Part shown: piece after piece, positions 20,948-32,972 of the stretch | How the letters are laid out: each line of letters starts with the position of its first letter | How positions within the stretch are numbered: the stretch's first letter is position 1 | NCBI GenBank assembly: GCA_937625935.1 | Contig: OW569352.1 | Span: 186,001-250,000, forward strand | DNA: 64,000 bases | Direction of reading: 5' to 3' | DNA from: Tetramitus jugosus | Taxonomy: Eukaryota > Protista > Heterolobosea | Notes under the pieces: generated by a model | Database searches by the model: none | Told to the model about the DNA's origin: nothing | The model's input: only the letters and a program-made list of their open reading frames with translations | Translations under genes and position numbers: made by a program

Positions 20948-22294
20948 ATGAATAGTACGAGTTCTTCTATGCAGAGACAGCAACGACAGTCGAATAACAA
21001 GCTCGATCATTCGACGATAATAAAGTCAAAGTGGAGAATCACCTCGAAAATAGGACAGGGAGCTTTCGGTGAGACGTACTCTGCTGTTGATATCTACACC
21101 AATGCTATTGTAGCTATCAAGGTGGAAAGATTAGATAATAAGAAGATGGTTTTGAAATTGGAGGTGATAGCCCTGAAGAAACTACAACCATGTCCCTTTG
21201 TTGTACGATATGTTCACAGCGGAAGACAAGATGACTATAACTTCTTAGTGATGGAGCAGTTAGGTGAAAACTTGGCAGAATTGAAGAAGAAATGTCCCAA
21301 TGTAAGTTGAACATTTGACTGAATTTCCTGTACTTCTTGTTAGTACTGACTCAAGACGTCGATCGTTGGCTCAGCAAAATTTTTCACTGTCAACATCTCT
21401 TCGTTTAGGAATTCAGATGATTGAAGCTCTTCAGGGAGTTCATAAACTAGGTTACATCCATAGAGATGTCAAACCCGTAAGTATCAAGTAAGCTTATCAA
21501 CGCCACGAATAGAGATTAACCTCTATCTTTTTCAGTCTAATTTCGTAATGGGGCGAGAGGAGAAGAACGATAGGGCTTATCTTATTGATTTTGGTTTGGC
21601 AAGAAAATTCAGACTGCCGAATGGGGAGCTACGGCCGCCAAGAAAGACAGCTGGATTTCGAGGAACGGCAAGGTACGCATCCCTCAACTCTCACAAAATG
21701 AAAGAACTAGGAAGGAGAGATGATATATGGTCGGTTTTCTATGTATTGGTCGAGTTCTGTGCTGGTTCATTACCATGGAGAAAAATTAAGGAGAAGGAAA
21801 CCATTGGCCAGCTGAAAGAAAAACTAACTAATGCAGAACTGGTATCCGATCTTCCTCGACAGTTTGTTTCATTCATGGATTATCTTCATAATCTTGGATA
21901 TTCGGACGAACCAGATTACGATTATTTGAAGAATTTATTGCGCGAGATTATAGAAGAGAATAACTACTCATATGATGAGTGGGATTGGATGATGAAAGAA
22001 CAGCCACACAGTCCTCCTACACGCGAAATGCAATCAATACTAGAAGAGGGTGCAATCTCAAGTAATCCTAGCGCCAGAAGAGACACTACTCGAGTTGTCA
22101 CAAATCCTATCTCGAATCCCGCACAAAAACACAACGTGAATGACACAGATGACTTCTGCAATGTCTACGTAACGAGAAAATCTTCAGATGACTTCAAAAA
22201 TGTTAATCTTTTGCAAGGAAAGAAGTATACAATAGACCTCAAGGACAACCTGCAAGATCGCTCTATTCATGGTTGTAAGTGTGTCGTCATGTAA
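20948..22294 (+). CDS. CK1-group kinase, tau-tubulin kinase (TTBK)-like, C-terminal CaaX; exons 20948-21301, 21375-21476, 21536-22294
   Basis: IGQGAFGE, LKLEVIALKKLQ, HRDVKP/SNF (spans an intron), IDFGLAR, GFRGTARYAS, RRDDIWS; ends CKCVVM. Confidence 0.9.
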
Positions 22295-22299
22295 TGTCT

Positions 22300-23808
22300 T
22301 CAAAACAAACCTGGCAACACTGCTTTCCATAATTTTATGCGATACTTTTGGTCCTTTCCTCTGCGTACCAACAGCTCCTTCAGAGAGCTATTATTTGGAA
22401 TTAGGAATGGATTTCTCTGAGATAAATGTTCAATCAAACCCCGTATGACATCTTGGAATAGATACACGAATAGCATTCTCTTCAGAGAGCTACGAATATG
22501 ATCTGATTCGTTTTTATCTGAAAACAAACGAATAACGCATAGAACAACACTCTTCTCTCTGATTGAAATTCGACTTTCGAGTAAAATACGTTTCATTCTT
22601 GCGCTATCTTCCATCGGAATGTGTAGAACATTTTGTTTTGTGCGTCGATAAATGAGTAGCAGTAATTGATTTTCTAACAATCGTTGGTATGTGTTCCATT
22701 GTTTCCCTCGTAATGTATGATTGATTAAATCATTCTCAATCTTCTCAATGGTATTATACTTGTATAAAAAACGCAAATGTTTTTCAAGCTCGAATGACGT
22801 AAATGGATAATTAATGGTAGATGCATTCCTCAATGGGATAACATTTATCCAAGGATCTTTTTCCACCGTTTCTCCATCATTCTGAACAGAACTCGTTGCA
22901 GCTGCGGTTGATAATGGTAAATATATATCAATAACCGTCTTTCGCTCTCGTAACTGCACAATTTGATTATACAGAGTATAGATCTGATTCTGTTGTTTTC
23001 TCTGTTCTTCTTCGAATCTTTCCATTTGTATTCGCTCGTGTGCACTTAGCAGCCTTTCACGAATAGTATCGTCAGACCACAAAATTTTCGCAACTCTTCT
23101 CATTAGTCGTTTTCGGGCAGATTTCTTCATGTGAAGCGCGAGAGGTTCCTTTTCGTCCTGTCGTTTTCTTAGCATCTCGTCATCTTTGTTTTCTAAAACC
23201 TTATAAGAGCGAGCACCTAGCTTTGTTCGTTGATAGAGCTGAATTGTATTCTGATAAAAGCGCTGAACACTCTCCACAAGCATTGGTAATTCCACAATAC
23301 TTGAATAGACATTGGATTGCAGAGCTCTAATGTCATACATCACTTCAGCAAATGATTCAATCAGATCGAGCAACAAAGTTTGATCATTCATGGATGGTTT
23401 TGACTGTTTCCGAATTGGATATTGCTCTATTACATCATAGTGCACTAGCTCAGTTACGGATGGAGCACTCAACTCTCCATTTGTCTGTTTTCTGCTTGTA
23501 TTGTTGATCAACACATTCGGATAAACGTTCATTTCCTTCACATCTGAATAGTGTCTGGACAGTAAATGCTCTGAATCGTAGGCATAGTGCAACTGTCCTG
23601 TTTGCAAATTGGTCATGAGCGTTGGTTCATATGGTGTTTCTGTTCTGTTTGTTGGTAGATATCTACGTCTACCAATCACATGATTCGACAGAGGTGATTC
23701 CTTCAATGCAATGAGAGGATTTGGCTCACCATACGCTCCTTGCATCATACCAAACAGCATTTGATGCCATACGTGAGCAGAAGAGTTGTTGCGCGATGAT
23801 GCTTGCAT
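22300..23808 (-). CDS. Hypothetical protein (502 aa), helical/coiled-coil
   Basis: Long ATG ORF; no family recognised. Confidence 0.65.
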   Translation of the reverse strand: MQASSRNNSSAHVWHQMLFGMMQGAYGEPNPLIALKESPLSNHVIGRRRYLPTNRTETPYEPTLMTNLQTGQLHYAYDSEHLLSRHYSDVKEMNVYPNVLINNTSRKQTNGELSAPSVTELVHYDVIEQYPIRKQSKPSMNDQTLLLDLIESFAEVMYDIRALQSNVYSSIVELPMLVESVQRFYQNTIQLYQRTKLGARSYKVLENKDDEMLRKRQDEKEPLALHMKKSARKRLMRRVAKILWSDDTIRERLLSAHERIQMERFEEEQRKQQNQIYTLYNQIVQLRERKTVIDIYLPLSTAAATSSVQNDGETVEKDPWINVIPLRNASTINYPFTSFELEKHLRFLYKYNTIEKIENDLINHTLRGKQWNTYQRLLENQLLLLIYRRTKQNVLHIPMEDSARMKRILLESRISIREKSVVLCVIRLFSDKNESDHIRSSLKRMLFVYLFQDVIRGLIEHLSQRNPFLIPNNSSLKELLVRRGKDQKYRIKLWKAVLPGLF

Positions 23809-23859
23809 CCTTTTTTATTTCATGTTTCTTGTTTTGTGGTCTTGGTGGTTGGCTCCCAT

Positions 23860-26800
23860 TCAATTTCTGAAAAATATCATCAGCTTTGCAGCTTTTTGTA
23901 ACTCGTGGGTCGTGGCTGAATTCGGAATGTCTGAAGGATATGGCACATTGACCAACTCCTTTACTTCGTTTTGCAAGTTACTCTTCTTCTTCTTCCATGC
24001 AGACACAATGGCAGATCCGAAAATATCTCTGCACAGATCTTCCTTGGCTAAACCCAAAAAGAATCGATATGCGAGCATGATTCTGTCTCTTTGGGGCGAA
24101 CTATCAGCATTGAGAACCCAGGTACCCTTCTTACAAGTAAATGTAATACTGGTATCGTTTGTAGTATCTTGAGTCATTGGACAGAAGAACTTTTGGAGAG
24201 GGTCAATGAATCTGGATTGGACAATAACCTTCCTATCGGCTCCCTTCAAGGTGGTTCTTTGGTGAGAGAATTCGACAGTAACAGAGTTCTTATTTGTATC
24301 CTGTAGACCAGAAACAGATAATTCTCCTCTTGTCAGTGCGTGAGTCAACATTTCTAGAAACTCTTGGTCGAGGGTTACCCTGACAGCGGAAGATGATTCC
24401 ACAGCCACTCCTCTCACACCATCACTTCTAACTGGGATATACTGCACCTTAACATGTAAACCTACATGTTCGTTGCAGATTTGAAACTTGTTCTTATTTC
24501 CTCCACTGATAGGGGAATAAGTTCCGTCTCTCTTATCCGAGGCTAACCAAACATATTCTGATTGTCCTTCAACTCCACCATAGTAAGATCCCGAAACAGA
24601 GAGTTCAGTCGACATTTGACCACTGCCACTAATTTTAACGTTGGTAACCGTTGGTGGTTTGGCCTGGACTACTTCTGTGTCGTACTTTACGACCTTACCT
24701 TTGACGTTGTCACATCTGATTGGGGTGTACTCAAATGAAATTGAAAAGCCAATATCTTGCTTCGTGACTGTATATTCATTGGTTTCGATTGCAATAGTTG
24801 GATTGGACAGAGCATCTAATCGTTTCCATCTTTTCATTGAGGCTCCTTCTCGTCCACCAAAGTATTCGCACCTAGCAACTAATTTGCAATCTTCGACTGC
24901 CTCTCCTTCAACAAACAGATTGTTGATAATAGGAAAGCCAGGTACAACTGCTTCTGATGTGATTGTTGATATTGCTTCTCCTATGACTCCATCATCTCTG
25001 ACTGGTGTGCATTCAAATTTGATGTAAGCACCAATATCATCAGCAGTTAAGGAATATACTCTCAAACCACTATTCCCTGGAATAAGTGTAGAATTATCGT
25101 CTCGCACTCTGTACCATTGTAGAACACTGATACCTTCGACTCCGCCATGATACTCATAAGATGCAGTAAGCTCCTTCGCCTCTTCGTTTCCTCCAGATAA
25201 AACGCAATTACGGGCTGTAGGTTCGCTCGCACCAATCACTGTTGATGTTGTACACATTTCTTCTCCAACGACACCATACTCATCGCGAGAAGGTATAAAA
25301 TAACATCTTAATCTACAACCGATATCTTCGTCAATGATTTGGTATGTCAGGCCTTCACAAAGTGGCATTTCGATCTCACTTTGATCCACTCTTACCCATC
25401 TGAACCTTTTCTCTCCAGACAAATATTTTCCTTCAACATAAGCCTCAACTGTTCCATCTTGAGTAAAATCTCCAGTAATAGAAAATTCTGAGACCTCAGG
25501 ACCTCTTGAAATGACAACTTCTGAAGGAGAACTGAACGCCCATTGGCTCTCACTGTCAGATCGCACACCTTTAACAGCATAAATAAGGCGAGTATTGATA
25601 TCCTCTGTTTGGATAGTGTATATATCTTGAGTAGCTCCTTCAATCTCTACTTCAGCACTCTCTGTGAGGCGAATCCATTTGTGTTCTCTAGAAACCTCAA
25701 TCCCTCCATAGAACTCTGCCGATCCATACACAGTCTCATGTTCTCTTACTTTCATTGCATGTATTTGCACCTTCGTCATGAGAGGATCAGATGCCTTCAC
25801 AACTTCAGTTACAATTTCTGAAGGCTCCCCTTGGACACCATCGTCTCTTACAGGAGTCAACTTCACCTTAAGCATTTTGCCTAAGTCCTTCATCGAGATC
25901 GAGTATTCCATTTTTCCTTCTTGATCTTCTAGTTCGACCTCCTTCTCCTCCAATCTGTACCATTGAATAATACTAGCTCCCTCAACCCCACCTATATATG
26001 AATAATTCAATTTGACTTCTCCATCTTGAACAAATTCTCCCGAGATAGCAAGAGTAGTAATTCGAGGGACTGATGCTTGCACAGCTGTACTGGTTCTTAC
26101 CGAGAGGGACCTTCCAACAACTCCATCACTTCGAACGGGAGTCTTCGTAGCTTGAACATAGCTTCCAACATCTTCTAATGTGAGAGTGTAGGTGCTATCA
26201 TGGCAAGGCAAAGTAATGCTCTCTCCCTCAGGACTAATTCTAAACCATTCAATAGTACTGTTTCCCTCGAAACCACCAAAATATTCACTATTCAAACTTA
26301 GAGTGTCACCTTGGACAAGAGATTGTTCATTAAGACTTAATGAATTGAGATGTGGGGCTACTGGGCGTACAATCTCAGTAACCTTTGTTCCAAGAATTCC
26401 TCTTGTTCCATCGGAGTCCACTGGTACTATTTGCACCTTCAATCGTCGACCAACATCATCCAAGGATAGTTGCAATTGTTTCTCATGTTCACCCACGATT
26501 TCTTCAAACTCATTTGTCCCTAAAATGCTTCTAAACCAAGAAATATCGGTCTTACCTTCGACTCCTCCATAATAGTCATAATCAATCTCAATGGTACATC
26601 CTTGGAAAGTATCACCGACAATGATTAAATTCTCAATCTCTGGAGATGCAGCCCTTACGATTTCAGATTCAACTCGTGTAGGAGCTCCAGCTACACCATC
26701 CTTTCTGATTGGAGTGAATTCCACTGCTATTCGGTGGCCAATGTCATCTATAGTGAGATCATATGTGGGACCTTCTACTATCCTACCCTTTGGCCCGTAC

Positions 26801-28387
26801 CACTTCAGAACACAATCACCTTGTTTTCCACCAGAGTAAAAAGCTCTCACATTTAGCACCTCTCCCTCAGTGGCAATTCCTTCAATACAAATTGATTCGC
26901 ATTTTGGATCTCCGTATTGCACTTTATCTTCAGAAAAGTCGTACACAGCAAAGAGCTCATCTTCAAGACCACTATCATTGTAACAAGAGAATTCAACCTT
27001 GAGTGAAGAACCAAAATCTTCAATGGTTGGAATATACTCTAGACTATTGGAATTCTCGATCTCAGAGTACGAGGTACCATTCAATGATCTAAACCAGCGA
27101 ATTCTCGTATAGAGACATCTTGTTGCTTCAGAGGTTTGTTGAGTCGTAGAAATAGAAACTGTATCCTTGTGCAAGATGTCCTCAGCACACAAAAATTGGA
27201 CGTCATATTCGCCTGCAGGAATGAGCACTTTGATGGAGTACTCATTTCCCTCGCCTCGTTTCATTTTAATCGGTAAACACTGGAATTGTCAGTTAGAAGG
27301 AGACAAACTCAAACAATGAAAACACGAAAACATACATTATCTATCTGCAAAGTGACTTGATCTGACTCACTTGTAATTGTGAAAGAATGGACAATCAAAT
27401 TAGGAGGTGAGTGGACTTCCACATCCCCCTCCAATTGAAAAACAGGAATGACCCTACATTTCTCATTCTCTTTTGCTTCTCCAATGAGTGAGAGTCGAGC
27501 AAGATGCAGCGGTGTTTGTTGTGTTTTTTTTCTTTGGATGAGTTTGAAGTGTTCATCTGCTCTCTGTCTAACATCATAATCTTCTTCGTCTTTCGAGATA
27601 TACAGACCTTCTCTTGCACTGATTGCAACTGAGGTTCTGTACTTAAATCCCTTGCATTTCTCAGATTCAGTCAAGTCTAAATGTTTCATGTAAGAACTCA
27701 GCCTAACAACGTCACAATAACAAATTTGTAACTTACCCTGGCCGTTCACCTTCTCAAGTTTCAAATTTAAACCATACGAGATCTCCTTGAACTCTTTCAT
27801 CTCTGAGATGCTGTTATCTATGAGATTGAGCACTTCCAACTGGGGAAGGTGAGGAAAATCTTTGTAATCGTGCAACATATTTGAATTGAGATTAAGAACC
27901 CGTAATTTAGGGAGGGGAGTCAATCCCGTAAACGACGATATTTGATTAGAGCTTAAATTAAGAGATTCCAAGTTCAACAAGAGAGGAATACTCTCGAATG
28001 ATTCCAGCTTGCTGCTGTTCACAAAAACATGCTTCAAATTAGGCATACTCTCCAGAAAATTAAGGGATGAGATGCTGTTCGAAGACAAATCAATCACTCT
28101 GAGAACTGGAAATTGAACAATCAACTCCAATGTATGCAGTTCCCCATTTCTCAAATACAGATATTCATAATCGAACAATTCATTGATATCAAAATTTGAT
28201 AAATCAGTGTTACTCAAATTCATTTTCTTTATGAAGAACAGTCGTGAGTTAGTCAGAGAAATCGATATCATGATGAGAGGACAAATAAACTAACCTTCGT
28301 CTGCTCTACCAACCTCTTTGCAGACGGTGGCGCTCTGACAGAAACTCTCAAAGATCCATTGAGTAAAGATCGCTCCTTGATCGTCAT
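23860..28387 (-). CDS. AIR9: AIR9-like microtubule-associated protein (LRR + about 10 A9 Ig-like repeats + PH-like tail); exons 28387-28295, 28226-27737, 27676-27336, 27279-23860
   Basis: SDS22-type LRRs (LxxLNLSSNQI); repeats of Y.GG.EG.S...W.R...Y.LT.DD.G...TP.R.DG..G; three GT-AG introns (28227-28294, 27677-27736, 27280-27335) restore one frame. Confidence 0.88.
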
Positions 28388-28570
28388 TATCACAGTGCTT
28401 TCTTTCTTTGTGATTCGGTAGGAAACTGTAAATTTTTTAGCGCCATATTTTTGTAATGACCGGTTCCAGAGGTTGGTGGAACAAAAAAATCAAGAATTTG
28501 TTGGAACTGGCTCTCACCCAACCAAACAAAGAACCAAAGATTATCGAGACATACAGACACCAAGTACATC

Positions 28571-30051
28571 ATGTCATCCCAACAGCATACTCAATCGTAT
28601 GAATTCAGGTATGTTTCCCACCAAGTGAGTCCTCAATTCTCTAACCATTCACACTCACTCACTCACCGACCAATTTTGTATTCATCTGTTACTTACTGTA
28701 TAGCGAGTACACGAACAGCACAGATTTTCGACATGACTTATCATACGAGAACAAGATTATCATTGGAAACTACTCAAGGCAAAACCAATGTCTCATTGAT
28801 GATGAATTTCAAACAGTGAAGCGTCAATTCATCACTCAAAAGATACACGTACCCAAAGAATCTATCGCCTCCATCTCTGGTCATCAACAAAATGAAGTAC
28901 TCTTGTACATGAAGCACTCCAAAACCAGTGAAGAAGTGTCAGATAAACCAGAGGGTGTACTTGATGATTTTTGGTCCTCGTTTGTCGATTGTTGGACAGC
29001 TCTATTCAAACTACCTCACATGGTGAGCAAGTACTCTGGCCGTAATGACTACCAATGGAAGAATGGTGTCTTCTCTAAATTGTATCCATTTATTATCAAA
29101 GACCTAGATGATCAATTCGAAGAAGATAGACAAGTGCACGTGTCGATCAATGCATCCTCTCTATTGCAAGATCACTCCAACACAGCAGCGACAACATCGT
29201 CAACTGCAGATCAGCAGCAGCAACAACAGCAGCAAACCACCATTACCATTCCCAACATGATTACAATTGGCATTCAAAAAACGAGAGAGATTCGTCAATG
29301 TCTGTCCAAGCTAAAGATCATGCAAAAGAATCCAACCATCGATCAAAAGCTATCATTGGGTGAAACATTCGTACCATTCTTTTGCTGCAAGGAAATGGGT
29401 GACAAAGGATCGCAATTCCAAGCAGAAAATGAGCTGTCAATTGCAATGAAGAGCTGTTTGGATTGTCAGTACAAGTGCCTAGGATCCCAAGCCAAGACCA
29501 AGAGAAGAATCGTTGTTGGATTAACATGTGTTGGCCCCATTGTCACAGGTTTTATCATGCGTAGAAAGCAACTCTCAAGCAAGGAGTTTGAGAACGATGA
29601 TGCAACAGTTTCATGCATGCAACCAATCGACTCCTTCAATCTGTCGTTGTTTGATGACTTGATGAGATTGGCCAAGTTCTTGGCATCCACAAAGTGCTAT
29701 GGTGATGAGTTGGTTCAAGATGTACGTCTAAGGCTGAGACAATTGGTCTCACCAAAGGACGCGAAGAGCTCTGCCATCGTAACCCCTCCAGCACCTAAGC
29801 AAATAGCAGCAACATCCCCAACAGATGAACGGAAGGTGCAACAACAGCAACCATCCAAAAGAAAGAGTCCTGATGTGAACCAACGATCATCATCCAAAAA
29901 GCAAAAGCCATCTAGCAATAAGAGCGTGAGCAACCATCACTCCAACAATGGTGAAACTGAGTTCTCTGCAGGCACTGACTCAGACTTGGATGCAGATTAT
30001 GACGACCGTGGTGAACAGGAACACACCCAATCTGACGATAGTAAGAACTAA
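28571..30051 (+). CDS. Hypothetical protein; exons 28571-28608, 28704-30051
   Basis: Phase-2 intron 28609-28703 (GTATGT...TATAG) joins an ATG exon in frame to the 411-aa ORF; basic NLS-like and acidic C-terminus. Confidence 0.7.
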
Positions 30052-30077
30052 CTTGTGACCAATAAAATGTAACCTTG

Positions 30078-31133
30078 TTATGCAGTGTTCCTTATTTGCT
30101 GTTTGCTGTATCGCCGTAACTGAGAAACATTTCCAGCTTCTCCTCCTGTGTGAATATAAATCCATTTCTGCTCAGCGAGCTCTGGTTGCTCCTTTAGTTT
30201 GTCAACAAACGATAACAGAGTTTTTGGAGCATAAATCAAGTCTAACTCAATATCATAAAGCTCTTTAAACTCTTTCCAAAAATGATACACTTGTGGATGA
30301 GGTTGTGCAAACCGCCTAAATTTCGATTTTGACTCAATACAATGAATGTTGGTCTCTATCCACGCTCTGTCAGGAAAAGTGTCCTGCATTTGATCATAGA
30401 GATAACATGTCCTTCCAACACATGGTACAGTCCACAATTTTGTCATTGGTTGATTCTCACTCAAATATCGACTCAGAAATAAACTTGTCGTCCCTGTTCC
30501 ACTCGGCAACAAGATATTTGCTGGCTCCGATCCAATTTCTCGCGTTAAAAACTCTCCCAACAAGTCAACCCCTTGCTTTGCTTCAATGGAGGCCCCACCT
30601 CTCTCGACAATCAATGTATCACCTCTCTTTTGTTCCAACACCACATCTGACTCGTATCGCTCAATGTTTCGCATCTCTACAATCATATTGTCACACGACG
30701 AAAGAAACACTTTGCCAAATGTTGAATCATGCAGCTCAGTTGTCCTCCAATAGTCACTACTCGGTTCATCCGTATAATAAATGAACTGCCATCCGTGATC
30801 CAAACACATTTGATAGATGGCATACATGGCATTGGAGAAATTACCACCTCTAGAAATGACTCTTCTCACATGCCTGTACTTTGTCTCATAATTGTCATAG
30901 AAATGAAACAATTTGAGTGCCTTGTTGCCAGACAAAGCGTTCCGATATTCTTCATCAGCACAAGGCAATGCTTCTCGTGTGTGAACGATTCTTGTGGTGC
31001 AAACTTGAAATTGGTTCTTGGGAGCAAGCAGCTGCTGCATGGGTTGAAGTGCGGAGCCATGAGACGGACGGCTGCTCATTTCTAGTTTCCGAAGTGAAAA
31101 GAGTACTCGTTGGTTGATCATAAGGTGGTGCAT
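30078..31133 (-). CDS. PLP-dependent ACC deaminase / D-cysteine desulfhydrase family enzyme
   Basis: LSGNKALKL (PLP lysine), GGNFSNAM, PSGTGTT, ELDLIYAPK, YIHTGG. Start may instead be the later ATG (MSSRPS). Confidence 0.85.
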   Translation of the reverse strand: MHHLMINQRVLFSLRKLEMSSRPSHGSALQPMQQLLAPKNQFQVCTTRIVHTREALPCADEEYRNALSGNKALKLFHFYDNYETKYRHVRRVISRGGNFSNAMYAIYQMCLDHGWQFIYYTDEPSSDYWRTTELHDSTFGKVFLSSCDNMIVEMRNIERYESDVVLEQKRGDTLIVERGGASIEAKQGVDLLGEFLTREIGSEPANILLPSGTGTTSLFLSRYLSENQPMTKLWTVPCVGRTCYLYDQMQDTFPDRAWIETNIHCIESKSKFRRFAQPHPQVYHFWKEFKELYDIELDLIYAPKTLLSFVDKLKEQPELAEQKWIYIHTGGEAGNVSQLRRYSKQQIRNTA

Positions 31134-31497
31134 ATGTTGTCTTCAAGGAATAATTCAGCAATAGTTCTTTCTTGAATGATAATATGTTTTTTTAATCACA
31201 TCATTCTTGTTGATTTGTTTGGTCGCGGGAAAAAAACAATTCAAGGTTGAGTGTGAGAAAAAAATGTGGGTAGTGATCAAAACTTTTGGACAAGGAATTT
31301 TGGAACCAATTCAATTATTTCATTGTTTGATCATCAATGTTATGCATTCCCACAATAATGATCCCATGATGACGAATACCATGTTCATCAAGATGTTCAT
31401 TTGTCCAAGTTCAACAACAACAACAACAACATGAATGAAACAATAAATGTGCGTATCTGTGTGTACAAGTATTATTATATTTCATTTTATTATTTAT

Positions 31498-31869
31498 TTA
31501 ATAACCGTTCTCTCTCAAGAAATCAGCCAACTTACCAACAGCAACAGCAGCGTTACCTGGTTGTTGTGGTTCTTGGTAGATACCAATGACAACAGCCATA
31601 CCGGTCTTTTCAGCAACGAATCCACCCTTGCCCAACTTTCCGTTGATGGTAGAGTCAGTAGCAGCCAATTGCATGTACTTTTGGCCTTCGACTTGGTAAG
31701 ATCCTGTACTAACACCAGAGAAACCTTGGGTGATGGCAGCAGCTTCAGCATCAGTAATGTTGAATCCAGCAGAGCATGCCCACTTTCCTCCTTGAACGCC
31801 AAAGATGGCACCCTTGGTGATGTGTCCAGTTCCGACTAAGTTTTGATCGACGTATGCTTGCCAGCTCAT
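31498..31869 (-). CDS. Profilin
   Basis: MSWQAYVDQNLVGTG...QPGNAAVAVGKLADFLRENGY, a canonical profilin. Confidence 0.97.
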   Translation of the reverse strand: MSWQAYVDQNLVGTGHITKGAIFGVQGGKWACSAGFNITDAEAAAITQGFSGVSTGSYQVEGQKYMQLAATDSTINGKLGKGGFVAEKTGMAVVIGIYQEPQQPGNAAVAVGKLADFLRENGY

Positions 31870-31949
31870 TGTTGTTATATATGTACTTGGGTTGTTGTTG
31901 TTGTTTGTTTGGTTGTTTGTTGTGTGTCTTTACGTCGAGGTAAGATCTA

Positions 31950-31965
31950 AGGGTTTTTTATAGGG
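31950..31965 (-). promoter_or_regulatory. TATA-like element upstream of profilin
   Basis: CCTATAAAAAACCC on the minus strand about 90 nt upstream of the ATG. Confidence 0.45.
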
Positions 31966-32360
31966 CCACTGTTCGTCACTGCACGACGATGACAGGTGTT
32001 TGATGGACGAGCGGTGAGTTACAATGGTAAATCTGCGACGTTTGATGTGTTTGGATTGATGGACGAACGGTGAAATGATGTTTTCACATGAACGGATCCA
32101 TCTACAGGAGATCTGCTGCTGGGTGAAGAATAATGACTGCCGTGAACGAGATACTAGCATGTTGTGCGACCGATATCGACAAGAATCTTGGTAGAATGGA
32201 GTTTTGTGCCCTCAAAGTCCTAAAAAAGTCCTTGAGAACTATTTTCAACACGGCGTTCCTCACCCGGACTGAGGCTCAAAAATCTCGGGAGGCTTTAACC
32301 AGATCCTTGGATGGACCAAGAAAACGAAATCGTTGAAGCACAAATTATGAATCAGAAACA

Positions 32361-32972
32361 ATGGAAGCAAATAATAGCAGTAGAGAACCTCTCGTCCATC
32401 AATTGAGCATATGCAGTGTTCCATTTGATTCCATCACACAAGAATTCGATCCCACCTTGCCCGAAGTATTATCCCGATACTCGATTGATCAACCGCACTA
32501 CCTGTATACCGTGAGTACTTGCTCAGCGATATGCAGATCATGCAATGAAGGAATGATTCAATATCGGAGGAGTTTTTACTACTCTTTGCTCTTCTCATTG
32601 ATATTCTCAGTGATCGTCTTAAGTCTTCTGTGGTCGTACATGGGTGTAAATAACGTGTCACCAGACAAGATACCGAGGTGGAGATCACCATTGGCATTGT
32701 TGCTGATTATTGTAATGTCATTTCCCATCTTGTTACTATCCTTCATGCGATTTCATCTCAGGTCAAGACAGCTTCAACAAGACACAATGAACAAGTTGAC
32801 TGAATTTTTGTCCAGGGAGAATGATGTCCGTTACAAATATTTAGGAGTTCAATTCTGTGCAAAGAGTTATCTGAAAGAACTTGCTGTTCTCTGTGGTTCT
32901 AATCGATCCTTGAACAATACCAATATTCAAATCTTCCCTTCTCCGTTTCTCTTCTCGTACAGAACGAACTAA
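32361..32972 (+). CDS. Hypothetical two-TM membrane protein
   Basis: 203-aa ATG ORF with two hydrophobic helices. Confidence 0.6.
   Translation: MEANNSSREPLVHQLSICSVPFDSITQEFDPTLPEVLSRYSIDQPHYLYTVSTCSAICRSCNEGMIQYRRSFYYSLLFSLIFSVIVLSLLWSYMGVNNVSPDKIPRWRSPLALLLIIVMSFPILLLSFMRFHLRSRQLQQDTMNKLTEFLSRENDVRYKYLGVQFCAKSYLKELAVLCGSNRSLNNTNIQIFPSPFLFSYRTN

Noticed and set aside
31447-31839. Antisense and alternative-frame ORFs over profilin
   Set aside because: Shadows of a strongly biased, highly expressed gene.
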